From positions 1 to 64,000 of the forward strand of contig CAJNYD010000024.1 of assembly GCA_905331295.1 (NCBI GenBank): 64,000 bases of DNA. Direction: 5' to 3'. The first letter of the stretch is position 1, and every line of letters starts with the position of its first letter. This DNA is from Rotaria socialis. Lineage: Eukaryota. Made by a program: the position numbers and the translations under genes. Below are positions 1 through 12,349 of this stretch, in pieces. The notes below the pieces were generated by a model. The model was given only the letters and a program-made list of their open reading frames with translations. It was not told the origin of the DNA and did no database searches.

Positions 1-156
1 GATATTTTTGAGACTGAAATAGTTTTGCCTATCAATAAAAATATTGCCCAAATTGCCCATATCTTTTTTTATACACAACACAAGTTTGCCCATAACGCTA
101 AAAATCCTGTATACGCCATTGAAAACAAATGAAACGACAAGTAAAAGAAAACCAAA

Positions 157-405
157 CTATATGAAAGCATTTATCGTTCGCTTAGTAGAAGCACGCTTTT
201 ATTTATAGATTAATAGCTATATGAAAGCATTTATCGTTCGCTTAGTAGAAGAACGCTTTTTTTATAGATTAATAGCTATATGAAAGCATTTATCGTTCGC
301 TTAGTAGAAGAACGCTTTTATTTATAGATTAATAGCTATACGAAAGCATTTATCGTTCGCTTAGTAGAAGAACGCTTTTATTTATAGATTAATAGCTATA
401 TGAAA
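157..405. repeat. Tandem minisatellite, ~4.2 copies of a 59-60 bp unit
   Basis: Unit ctatatgaaagcatttatcgttcgcttagtagaagaacgcttttatttatagattaatag repeats head-to-tail with 1-2 differences per copy. Confidence 0.95.
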
Positions 406-674
406 ATAGGTAATAACTCGTTAACCTAAATAAAATCTAAATAAAGCAAATAGTGTCATTACGTCGTTTTTTTTCATCAAATCACCAGACAATGCCCGAC
501 TGCTATCGCTTAAATAGACTGATGGATTATGAAGAAAATTGTCTAATATCACTGATCCTATACTTATTGCAACATGTGCATGATGAGTTAATCTGTACAA
601 ACAGGTTCGAGGAAGCCAGTTTGTATAATTTGATAAAATAACACACTCATAAAGGAAAACAGTCTTTTTTCAAT

Positions 675-1266
675 GGGGGCATCTCGATTCAGTCCTTTCT
701 CATATCGGTCCCTTGCAAACATGTCTTATTTGGGTCCTTCTCACTTTGATCCCACTCTTATTTCGGTGCCTCTCTTTTGCACGTGATATTTTCACTAGAA
801 AAAACAAATAACGGAAGATATTAATGCTCAACTTCTTACTCTCCTTATCATCATAATATAGGTGAAATTACGGATTTAGAGTTGGCAATTTTATGTGGAA
901 AAACAGTAAAAACAAAGCCAATAAAATAGAAAATTCTTTTCTTCGTGTCTAAAGTAGTATCTTTATTTTTTATGTATTATTTCTCTCTCTGATATTAGTC
1001 TTATTCATTGTATACATGATGACTATTCAAATATATCCAATAAAATTATATTTCTATATTAACTATTAAGTGGGGACCTAAGTGAGACATCATTATTTAT
1101 ATCCTGATTGTTATAGGACCCAAATAAGACATGTTTGCAAGGGACCGATATGAGAAAGGACCCATTGGGACCGATATGAGAAAGGACCCATTGGGACCGA
1201 TATGAGAAAGGGCCCATTGGGACCGATATGAGAAAGGACCCATTGGGACCGAACCGAGAGTAATCC
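675..1266. mobile_element. Non-autonomous Mutator-like (MULE) MITE
   Basis: 9-bp direct repeat TTTTTCAAT at 666-674 and 1267-1275. Exact 47-bp inverted repeat at 692-738 / 1115-1161. 26-bp tandem (gggaccgatatgagaaaggacccatt, ~4 copies) at 1141-1250. Confidence 0.85.
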
Positions 1267-1736
1267 TTTTTCAATCTATTTTCACATTGATTGTTGTTTA
1301 GTGAAAATAGTTCGTGAAGATGTTGGTGATAACACAGGCTCTTGTCAGTATCGTTAAGCAAAAAAATCCAAACATTTTCCAAGTTCAATTGAAATTTCAA
1401 AAATCAGATTAAATAAATACCTACCGTAGAAATCTTACAAAATCCTTGAAATTCTATTTTCATCTAAAATTCATCTGATATAGTTTTACAATGACTAATT
1501 TTTACTTTTAGTTTTTCACCACCTTATCGTAAGGATCTATGCATGAAAATCAAGATGTAATTTATATTGTTTTTTTATTAATATACATCTGTTTATAGTT
1601 ACATCGATAATTATAACATGACTATGGTGAAGAATAAACAACACGAGAAGTCAACCACTGGTCTGATAAAAATCAGATAGTTTCATTTATTGTATAATAG
1701 ATGTTTAATAAATTTTTTCTATTGCAAGAAAAATAT

Positions 1737-4700
1737 TTATCTCATAATCAAAGAGCGATGTTGATATCCAAATTCATGCTCACTCGTTGGCATCAATGGT
1801 ATTACTTTTCTTGGTATAGCGGCTGGTGTTATTCGTCGTCTTAATTTACGCAGCTGTTGTGTAGCTTGTAAATGTGAATTAAAATTATCAAATGTTTCAA
1901 CAATAATTGGCATTGGTAAATCAATTGCTAATACACCAACTATTGTTATTATGGCGCCAAATATCATTCCCGGCAATGGTTTTGGTACTATATCACCAAA
2001 AACAAGTGTACTTATTGTGCTTATTGTAAGCCATATACCTTCAACGATCGACATTATTTGATTATCTGGTGAATGACTTAAACGTTCAACATAATACATT
2101 ATCGAGCCGGCTATCGTTATAGCAAGAAAAAAGAAAAATATTAATAAACTTAGTACACTAGATGAATAAGGCATTGATGTAACAATAACTTTTAAACCGA
2201 GATGAAGATTACATAATTTAAACATACGTGCTACACGTATTGTTGATAAAAAATCTAATGCAGCATTGTAACCATCAAATCGAAAAAAATCATCTATCAT
2301 ATAAGTAAAAAAAAAAAAAACGTGCCAAGAAAATCTAAATATAAGAAAATAAATAGTTGACCACGAAAAATTTTCTTTATTTTTACCGATCCAATTAACT
2401 ATTGATGTGCAAAAGGCTCGTTTTGATGGTGCAACTAAAAATCTTAATGTAATTTCAAATACAAACCAAGAATTACCTAGAAAATCAATAACAATTAAAT
2501 AAACTGACGTAAGCAGAGTGGCCTTTGCATATAATGAACAAGATAATAAAAACGGGTTTGGTGGAAAAGGCAGAAAGGGAAAAGGTCGAAAAGGCAAACA
2601 TAGAAGGGAAAAATACAGAAATTGTAAACGTCGAATGAAAAAAATAGAAAAATGAAAACGCCGAGAAGGGAAATGTCGAAAATTGAGTTTTCTGATAATT
2701 TTAAAGAAAAAGAAAATTTTATTTCCTAAATTGGTGTGCACATATACATCGCATCCATGTTCAGTGCAAGTCCAATACTTTTTTGATGAGGACGTTTTAT
2801 TGCATTTGAACATATATTGGTTAAAGTTAAGCACTAGTAATGGCTTACCTTTATTACTCGTTAAGCATGATATTTCGCTGCCAATTGCCAACGATTGAAG
2901 AGATACTTATTTATTAGTTGTTTTCGCCAGACCCAAGTGAATAAATCCGACAACGGATCTTATCGAATCCTATGGGATTCGACTCTCCGACAGGATTCAT
3001 GGACACGGACCTATTGTCCGTTTCGACGGAAAAAAATCATTTTTTTCTTCACGATCAAATAAGCATTTTGAGCCATCAGAGCGCAAGGGTGATTCGTTAT
3101 AGTTGGATTCCGTTAAAATCCAACATCGGATCCGACTGTAGGTCCGTGTCCAGAAATCCCATAATATTTCGTCGGTTTTATTGAAACACATATGGTATTC
3201 GGCATATTCACTGTCTGACCCTTGTCGGAATTCGATAGGATCCTACTTTCGGAATGATTCTCCTGGGGACTGATTTATATATACTATCCTATACGCTAAC
3301 AACGAACAAGTGTAGACTATAAATGAGGAGGACAAATAATTTAACTTATCCCACTAACAACCAATACCAACTAAAAAAACATTTCGTTATCTTTGGACAT
3401 GTTTTTCATTCTACGTTTTACTCTGGTAGTTTTTCTTCGACACTTTTACTAGTTATACTTTTCCATTTCGACGTTTTCTTTTCTGCCTTTTCCGCCAATT
3501 CGATAAAAACATTCAATATCTCCTGTCTGCTTTGGCCAATCGTAATTGGGTTTTTCTTTGCTGGAATAATAAATGACTTTGAACATAGATGTCCTAATAC
3601 CTTTACAATGGGTATCGAGAGTTTTACGTCATAATACCCTATGCAGCAATAATTTATGGAGTATCCATTCTTAGTGCATCTACAATCTGATGTAACCACA
3701 TTGAGCGTATCCACTTTTGGGTATTCACCTATATATAAATGTGTATACCCAAGCGTGGGTGCACCTAATGTGGATACTCTAACGTGTTTGTGCTAAAAGG
3801 TCATAACCAGATGTAAAGATATTATGACATCACTGACTTTGAAAAGATTTTAGTCGCAACTATTGTAATCGATACATCTGTCTAGATATGAAAAGGCCAC
3901 TCTGTTAAAATATTTATCGAATTCGTACAAATCCATTCAAGATTATCAAAACCAGAAATAATTTCATGTTGTTGTGAATTATGTACAATTATTCTTTCAG
4001 TTAAATTATTGTTTGTGTAGACAGTTATAACATCATATTTTGCTATTTCAAATGCTGGTAATGTACGAAGAACAAATAAAGCAATTGAAAGAATTATAAA
4101 AAATATGGAAATCACTGCAATCATCTATAAATTTAGAAACAATTAGAATGAAATAATGAACATTTAAATAATAGTTGAAATTCATTGTCAATGATGTTAA
4201 TCGGTTTGCTTTGAATGTCAACGTGAAATTCATAGGTTTCATGATATAATATCAAAAAAAAGAAAGTAGATCCCATACATAGGTAGTTTTGTTTTTCTAT
4301 TGCTTCTTTTTGTTCTAATCAATATACTAATCGAAATAGTTTAATACTCGAATGATGCATAAACATCTTGTAGAGTTTCAATATTTTACTTTAAGTTCAT
4401 AAAAGAATTCTTTGAATTTTTTATCTTATACATGAAAACTACTTCAGTTGAATGAAATTTCGGTGTTGGATAAGAAACTAAATTTAGAAGATTTAGATAG
4501 TATCATGCTTCTGTATGCATAAAAATTATGGCGAAGTCTATAGTTGTGGATACATTCTATAGAGGACGATATTGAAATCGACAACATTTTCTTGCGTGCC
4601 ATAAGAAAGAGAGGATACTTGAAAAGTTTATGTAAAAGCATCGTTATATTGCATTTCGAAGATGAAAACGAATCAGAGTTCTTCTTATTGATATATCGAT

Positions 4701-6050
4701 CGATTCATATAAATATTTGCTCGCAAAAATCAATACAACATTTTCTACTTTCTATTATAATGGTCTTTTCAGCACTATACTGTTAACATTCATTAGAGAC
4801 GATCTTGGATTGATGCTTTTCTGGGCATACTGCAAATATATACATATATATATTTAGCGAAGCCTTTTGTATGACGCAGCTGCTATCACATTGTCGAATT
4901 TAAAAGAATGATTATGTATTGCTGTTAAATTTCTTCATTATATATTTTCTACCTACGTTTTGAAAAAGTTTTGAAACATCCATCAGCTTACTTTCTGAAA
5001 GTAGATTTAAATGGTCTAGTACTAAGTAAATTAGATTGTTCTATGCAACTTCAGCTACTATTTACAGGACATCACAAAACTTCGAAAAAGAAATATCTAT
5101 CAATTTTTGGTCAGGAAAGAGGAAGGATAGGTGTGCTTTCCTAAATAAAACAAAACCTGTCGGTACAACTCTCGCACAATCAAATTGTAAAACACGATCT
5201 AGCTACTGTTTCTTAATATAGAGTGATTATTTTATTCTATTTATTTCGAAAGTTTTTCTTCAATACTTCTTTTAGTTAATGCTATATGGGTGAGAAAATT
5301 AATTCATTAGAATCACTGTTGCTATTCATATATGACTGGCGCTCGTATAATAATATAGCGGAGGAATCGTGCTATTCGAAGCACATCGATTCAATCAATA
5401 ACAGACAAAAAAAAGCCACTAATCTTATTTACTTTAGCCATTATTGATGATCGTGGTTCTTCAAATAATTGCCATATAATACTTATTAAACGTTTGCGTA
5501 CAGGTAATTGATCGGTACTAATTACACACGGATCATTTTCCCAGTCATATTTTTTAATAGTATCCTCATGTGTTGATCGAACTGTATCTAAATCTAATGA
5601 ATCTAATACTTGTAATGTTTCTTGTATTGATCGATGTGTCGTATAAGTCATCCTGAAAATAATAATAAAAGTCGGGCAAAAAGAAAACTTATGCATCTAT
5701 AATATTCACCAGCGACACGGTTCAACTTCTTCACGTTGTATACCCCAATAATTAAGTTCATCCTCAAATAAAGGTCCACAAACATTGGTTGGATAATGCA
5801 GTCGACCAGTTCGATAATAATTGAGTATTTGCGAAAAGACACCGGGATGTCGATCAAAAAAGTATTCATTTAATATCGGATCATAATGTGATAATTGCGC
5901 AGTTAATTTTGATAGACGTGTAGCCGGTAATTTTTTTAATGTTGTTCTCTGAGTTTCAAATCTTGTACCGCCAACATTCAGAATAATGCGCGAATCATTA
6001 CCACTACTGGACAATGGCTCAAGAAATTGATCTAATCTTACTGATGCCAT
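1737..6050 (-). CDS. Shaw/Kv3-type voltage-gated K+ channel, divergent or possibly disabled
   Basis: T1/BTB domain ([13 protein letters not shown]...[26 protein letters not shown]), then S1-S6. Exons 6050-5710, 5652-5433, 4124-3929, 2476-2387, 2334-1737 with GT-AG introns. Pore reads [12 protein letters not shown]14 run near 2307-2320 shifts frame after splicing. Confidence 0.9.
2554..3501 (-). mobile_element. MULE derivative with FLYWCH transposase remnant, inside Kv intron 3
   Basis: TIRs GGGTTTGGTGGAAAAGGCAGAAA / TTTCTGCCTTTTCCGCCAATTC. Flanks aataaaaac / gataaaaac (8/9 match, 9-bp TSD). Minus-strand peptide [42 protein letters not shown] is FLYWCH-like. Confidence 0.85.
2932..3267. mobile_element. 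CCC...GGG-ended MITE (CMC/EnSpm-like) nested in the MULE
   Basis: Imperfect TIRs cccaagtgaataaatccgacaacggatcttatcgaat / attcgataggatcctactttcggaatgattctcctggg, 2-bp GA flanks on both sides, many internal tccga/tcgga motifs. Confidence 0.75.
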
Positions 6051-9000
6051 TCGTCTTTGTCAAACAATCATCTACGAATATAGTTTTATCATGTCTAGAA
6101 TATCTCTTTTTTTGTTTTGCTTTTGTTTTATCGCTGTCTCGTTTTTCTTCTCAACACATTGTTAAGTCTCATCACGAGATTCTCATTTTTCATTATGACG
6201 AGAGTATAACATCAACAGTTTTATTTTCTCTTACTAGTGATTCAGGAAACGAAATAAACCAAAAAAGAAAAGAAAGAGTAACTATTTTTAGTCGTTTTCT
6301 TCGATTTTAATTTTCTAAGAACTGGTATAATGTATGACAAACTTAAGTTAACGTCATATTTCAAAGAAACAAAAATAAAAATAATTCGAGAAGTCAATAT
6401 TCTTGTGCAAATATTATTGTCAAGTGTTTTTCTTAAGTTATGCATGCGTGCATGCAAGGAATTGAAGTAGTATCATTTTTTTTATAAAAGAGTATCGAAG
6501 TAAAACGAGCTACATTGTTGAAGACAAATCCTATTTGTTAAAGCATACTTTCTTTTGTGATGAACCAATTGAAACATGTAATTATATATTAGTGGGAAAA
6601 TATTGTTGCTATTACTGATCATGCTTAGAATAACTATAGGATGCAAATAGTTGGGCGCTCATGCTTTGCACTTTTGAGAAGAGCAAAATTAAAGTTCGTA
6701 AATCTATGAACCAACGATTCAGTTGGATATTATGAATACGTGTAAATTGACAAAGAAAAAGAAAAGTGTCTGTTTTGCAACTGCGAAAGTTTTTACATCA
6801 GGAAATTATATTTTGTTTAATAGGAAAACGTCAGCATTTCCTCTTGTTGAGTTAACATGGTATACAAGCTCGGACTATTTTATCTCGGATGTTTGCATCA
6901 GATGTCTGTTCCGAAATATATTTTAACTATTTCTTGTCCAACATCGATCTATTTTATATTTTCATAGCATTGAAAAAAATATTCTCGATTCATTTCATTG
7001 ATCTCACATTCACCTGGGTACACTTTGAAGCTTGTGAGAGATGTACAAAAAAGCAAGAGCCACTATTAAATATTATGATCGATTGTATAATTCAAACAAT
7101 GCTCTTTCCTGATTTAAGATATTTAAATGTAAATACTACCAATGAGAGATTAACGTAAGCGAATGTTGTTTGTTTTCATCACTGTAAGTCTTCAAAATTT
7201 TGTCTTATCTATTCAATTTTTTAAAGATCATGAGCACAAGATAACAAACATTAATTTCATATTTTGTTTATTACATTAAGAAAATAGAACAAAACGGACG
7301 CACCATTTAAAAAGTACATCTGGACTGTGACCTGCCTTTATATTTTACTTTTGCAGCAAAAACAAACGTATATCTATTCGACAGATCTGTTAAATTTGTT
7401 TTTTTTTCTCAGTATAAAGGTGAGATATTAATTTCAGTGAGAATTTTTAATTTAAAATAATCTGATTTCTCTGACTACTTCTGTCTGATAAAAGTTACTA
7501 CATGGAGTTTAATTATAACATTGTGTATATTAATTGCAGGAACACATTAAAACACTTTTTCACGATCAGTTCCGATTGATAATGTGCATGCTACGATAAA
7601 CTGGAAATAATTCACCGCTCATTTCCGTGTGCAATCACCAAGTCATACAGATTGTGAAAGAAATGAGCAAAAAAATACATCTTTGAAGAGAAATCATGTG
7701 TGACTTAAATACTCGATTTGTGTTCGAATTATGAGAGAAAATAAAAATCTAGAAGAAAGTAACGTTTGAATAGAAGTAGCATTGTTTGATGATGATGAAA
7801 CAAATCGTCGATTTGATATCTTCATTTTTCCTATTTCTCAAAATCGTTTGGACAAAACTATGTGTCGTAGTTTGAGTATAACTGTTTCCCACAAAAACAT
7901 AATTGATTGTTTTAGAAGTCAATTATATGGTCGAAAAAAGTGTGACAAGTTTTTCTATTTCTTTTGCCACGCATCTTATTCATTAAATTGTATCTGTGAA
8001 AAACGAACACTTCAAAATAGGACGATATCCTACGTACCATAACAAAAAGACATGGCGTGGTGAGAAAAAAATTATAATGAATACTCGAATCTCTGACCAT
8101 ACTACTTCTAATGGGAACCGAGATCCTCCGATTGCGAAATAGCTCAAACATCTTCTAGTGGGTGTGAACTATTTCATGTCAAAAATTGTACAAGTCAAGT
8201 TCGTCTATATAATGTTTTATTGAATTTGTTCATACATCGTTGAGTCTATTTGTTTTATTTAGTAGACACTTGCTACAATCAGTTTATCTTGATGAATGAT
8301 GCACGAAAATGTCAAGAGGTAATTTGAGATATATATATACGAACAACATCTTCACTTTCAACTTCAACAATCATTCTTGTGTTTCTTTTTCATTCATGCT
8401 CAAACACTTGTTTTTGTTCAATAATAAGTCTTCAACTCAAAATTTATCGTTTGAATACAATGCTTTTAAACATTCGTTGACATGAAATAGTGTCTACCGA
8501 CTCCTTCAATAAGAATAACTATTCCTTCTTAATGTCAAATTCAGACTAAAACATAGTTTTTATACTGACCAATCGATTGATTTTTACGTAAAAATACAAC
8601 ATTATCCTATGAAGAATAAAACAAAAGAAAATACGTTTTCTAATGGTTTAATAGCATTAGCATTCGCTTTAATGATTGTGAACAAAAGAGATTTACCATT
8701 CCATTTACTATTCGAACAATTTATAGAAAGAGAAAAGAATGACGACGAAGAAATGTTTAAAAGGTATTTCCATATTTCATCAATCGACGATCACAAATAC
8801 ACGTCCCATATTGGAGTAGAAGACTAAAGCGATGAATAATTAATCGCATATGAGCATTTGAAACAGATGGTTCGATAAAAATATCTGGGTGTCGAACCGT
8901 GACATGTCTGACAGCTTGGACTAAATAATGAATGATGATGTAAGAATAGGAAAAAGACGATTCACATTGCTCACATTGAACAAAATTATTGCCAAGGTTT

Positions 9001-9257
9001 TCTTTTCCTTTCTTTTTTTCTCTCGGTATCTTCTAGAATTCAAGGTAGACGCACAACTAACTTGTTCTCTACGCTCATTTTCTCTTCTTCTTCTTTCTCT
9101 CGGTCTTCATTTTCACTATTCGTTCATTCATCATCATTCTTGACATTACTCAAACATCGACAAGACACAGCAAGATAGAGAGAGGGAGAGAGAGAAGAAG
9201 AGAGAATAGTTAGTGCAAGCGCCGAACAACTGAGCACATATATTTCAAAAGAAGACG

Positions 9258-10369
9258 ATGCAACAACATCATCATCAGCGATGTGTCGATATACGACGAG
9301 CTGGACTTATGAACAGTAATAATAAAACAAAATTTGATGATTTCTATACAAAGTTAGAACGCATTCGTTTATCTGCTGCAGCTTCGTCTTCAAGTAAGTC
9401 TTTTCAAAGATAAAAAAAAAACAAAGAAAAGTTTTCTTTTCCTTTTTCAAACTGAGACAAGTTCATTGTGTCAAACACAAAGTACATCATGATTAGGTTT
9501 TTGATGTTTACATAAGAAATGCTAATGAAGCAAACATATTTATCTTTCCGTCGGCGTCATCATTTCTAAATCATCTGTTGTACAATTGTCTCATTGATCT
9601 TATATCCGATAGTCAAGAGCAAACACGAAAAAGAAAACCGGATCACTATATTTGACACCCACATGATATAACAAAGCATCATTCAATCCTTTCTTTTCTA
9701 AGAGATGAGACTGGTCTATTAATATGTCACACAATCTTGTCTGACTTGCTTCATAGTCTTTTATTGACTTTGCCATAAAGACAATTTCCACTAAGAAAGA
9801 ATTCATTGAAGCAACGTCATCTTATTATGTAATCGTTATAATTAATTTTGACATGTTCTTTTCTTTGTCTATTAGAACAGTACCCACGACGTACCGCGGC
9901 CGAACTACTCGACGAATCAAAAATATATTTTGTTAAAAGTCAAGAAGTTTTACATAAACAACAAACACTTTCAAATAATCAAAGAATCAAACCAACATAT
10001 CGAACACCGTAAATTTTATTTCAAGACAATGATATATATATACGTAGTTTATTCTTCTTTTTCTCTCCTATTAGACAACTACAACGTTCGCCTTATCGTG
10101 AATATGAAAAAGATCGAATTCAATTAGATTTTCCATTTCAATCATCGACATCTTCAACAACAAACACTTCCGATTGTGCATTTGAAAGTGTTAGTGTTTT
10201 GTCTCTTTCTGATCAAACAACACTCGATAGTACAAATAGTCCAACACATAGAAAAAGAACAGTGGTGCCGTCATCAGTGAAAGTAATCGAGCGTAATGCA
10301 AGAATTATTAAATGGCTCTTTCAATTACATAAAGCTAATGAATTACCTTCGTTTCAATGTACTTCATAG
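9258..10369 (+). CDS. FAM110-family protein, 187 aa, 3 exons (absent from the ORF track)
   Basis: Exons 9258-9393, 9876-10008, 10075-10369 splice in frame. N-terminal motif RRTAAELLDESKIYFVKSQEVL and C-terminal motif VIERNARIIKWL match the FAM110 conserved blocks. Confidence 0.85.
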
Positions 10370-11000
10370 AAAATCATATTTGTATAAAGTTATTATTTCA
10401 ATAAAAAAAAACAGATAAATTCATCTATCAAAAAGGCATAGATTGCTAAACTTAGTTGGGAAACAAGAACTTAAAAGTTTCAAGCGTAGTAATTGGTACT
10501 ATTGATAGAAACAGCAGGACTGCAACATATGCTATTATTCTAGAAATAAATGATCAATACATGCTGTTGGCACCGGTCAAGTGAGTAAATATTGACTATT
10601 TAATATGCATATATAGAGATTCGATAATAGATTAGCAGTGGTGTAAGACTTTTTTTGGTTCAATTAAATATTACAGAAATTGAAATCTCTCATTTTAGAA
10701 TTGTTTGGGATAGTCTTTTTCAAGTTAGAGCAACAATCAACTGGTCTTCTGTCCTACAATAATTTACCTACATTTTGTTTTCGTCGAAAATAGAACGAAA
10801 AACGTTTCACACTTGATAAGAAGAATATTCATTGTTACTCATAAGATTTCCTCTATTCAAGAAAAAGTTTTGAATAAAAAATACCTTATCTCTTCCTTTT
10901 ATTTTCGTTTATTATTTGATGATACTGATAAAATTTAACAGACTATAATATAAGCATTTTTATTGCGAACACAAGTGCTAGTTACACAAAAACAACAGGA

Positions 11001-11255
11001 ATGGCCCAAGCAATGTTTCATGAAAGCAATGTAATTCGAAAACGAACACGATCTGTACATAACCAAAATCAAGCCGGGGCAACATTATATTCATCCATCA
11101 CAGCAGATGATAGTTCATTGCCAAAATCTGAACCACGATCATCTTCCTTTACGAAGCCACTACATCAAGTTATTGAGTTTGTACAAAGAAAATTATCTCG
11201 TAATCATAATGAACAAATACAAGATTTTACTACTATACAAAAAACCATTGAATAA
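11001..11255 (+). CDS. Small hypothetical protein, 84 aa
   Basis: ATG-started ORF with protein-like composition, TATA-like tataatataa ~50 bp upstream and AATAAA downstream; no recognisable domain. Confidence 0.45.
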   Translation: MAQAMFHESNVIRKRTRSVHNQNQAGATLYSSITADDSSLPKSEPRSSSFTKPLHQVIEFVQRKLSRNHNEQIQDFTTIQKTIE

Positions 11256-12349
11256 ACGTGGTTTTCAGTTCATACACACATTGGGTGGTACAAATATGAT
11301 AGACGAAGTATATACGATTTGTAGAAACAGTATTTCTTTGTTATTTAACGCTTGAATAAAAATAAATGTATCTTACAATTATAAGCATCTTAACAATCTG
11401 TATTATCAAGATCGGGTTTACTTCGACGAGAAAAGCAGCGACAGCAATAGATCACTATATAAGATAGATCAATGGTTAAGTGCCTAAATATAGATTGCAT
11501 AATAACTTGTTCTTTTGTTGACCACCTACCGAGTAAGAAGCCCACGCATAAAATCTATTGGCAATCAATTATCAAATATTAAAACTAAGAAAAAAAAATC
11601 ATCGGTGAAGTATTAAAAAAATGCAATAGGATTTTCCCCGGTTTCCATAAAGATGTACTACGATTTATATCTTCGAATTAAATTTATTTTATCTTGCTGA
11701 ATGATGTAAACAGATCATAAGTATCAGTTCCAAGAAAATAATTTGCACGTGAAGAAATACAGTGGCATCAAAACTACGGTTCAATGGTCTATATGTTTAA
11801 GAATTACTTAGTCAATGTTTAAACGTGCATTCTATATCTGTAACATCATCTATTCATTTTTGAAATATAGAACTCATAAGTCGACTTAAAAAAAGTATTT
11901 TCTATCTCGAATGTGATTGTTTGTTGATGATAGCCATTCGAAAGAAATCAAAGTTCAATCACTCAGATAACTTTGAACAGCTGACTATCGAACAAATAGT
12001 AGATCATGTTACACTAGCAAAACTTGTTTTGTTTTTGTTATTGTTCTTTTACTCTTTCTGCGAATTCTTATTAGCTATGCCGAATTATCCCTGCATACTC
12101 GATTCATAAAAATACTTGATCATGATTAGAATTTGAAAATAGAATATATTCAACACAGCAGATACTATATAACTATTATGACAACGAAACACTCGATGAT
12201 TATAGCTGCTGACATCTCTCGGTTTTATCGGACCTATTGGCTGTTCAATAAGAATTTTCTAAGAATATACTAAATGAACGAACGAACGAACGCTGATGAC
12301 CTTTCTTCTTGATTGATTTAACAACATCTCATATTGATTCAAAATCAAC

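Noticed and set aside
157..405. CRISPR-like array
   Set aside because: Units are contiguous with no unique spacers, there are no cas genes, and the context is eukaryotic
1059..1400. 113-aa ORF with repeated GPNGSFLISVP
   Set aside because: Translation of the 26-bp tandem repeat inside a MITE
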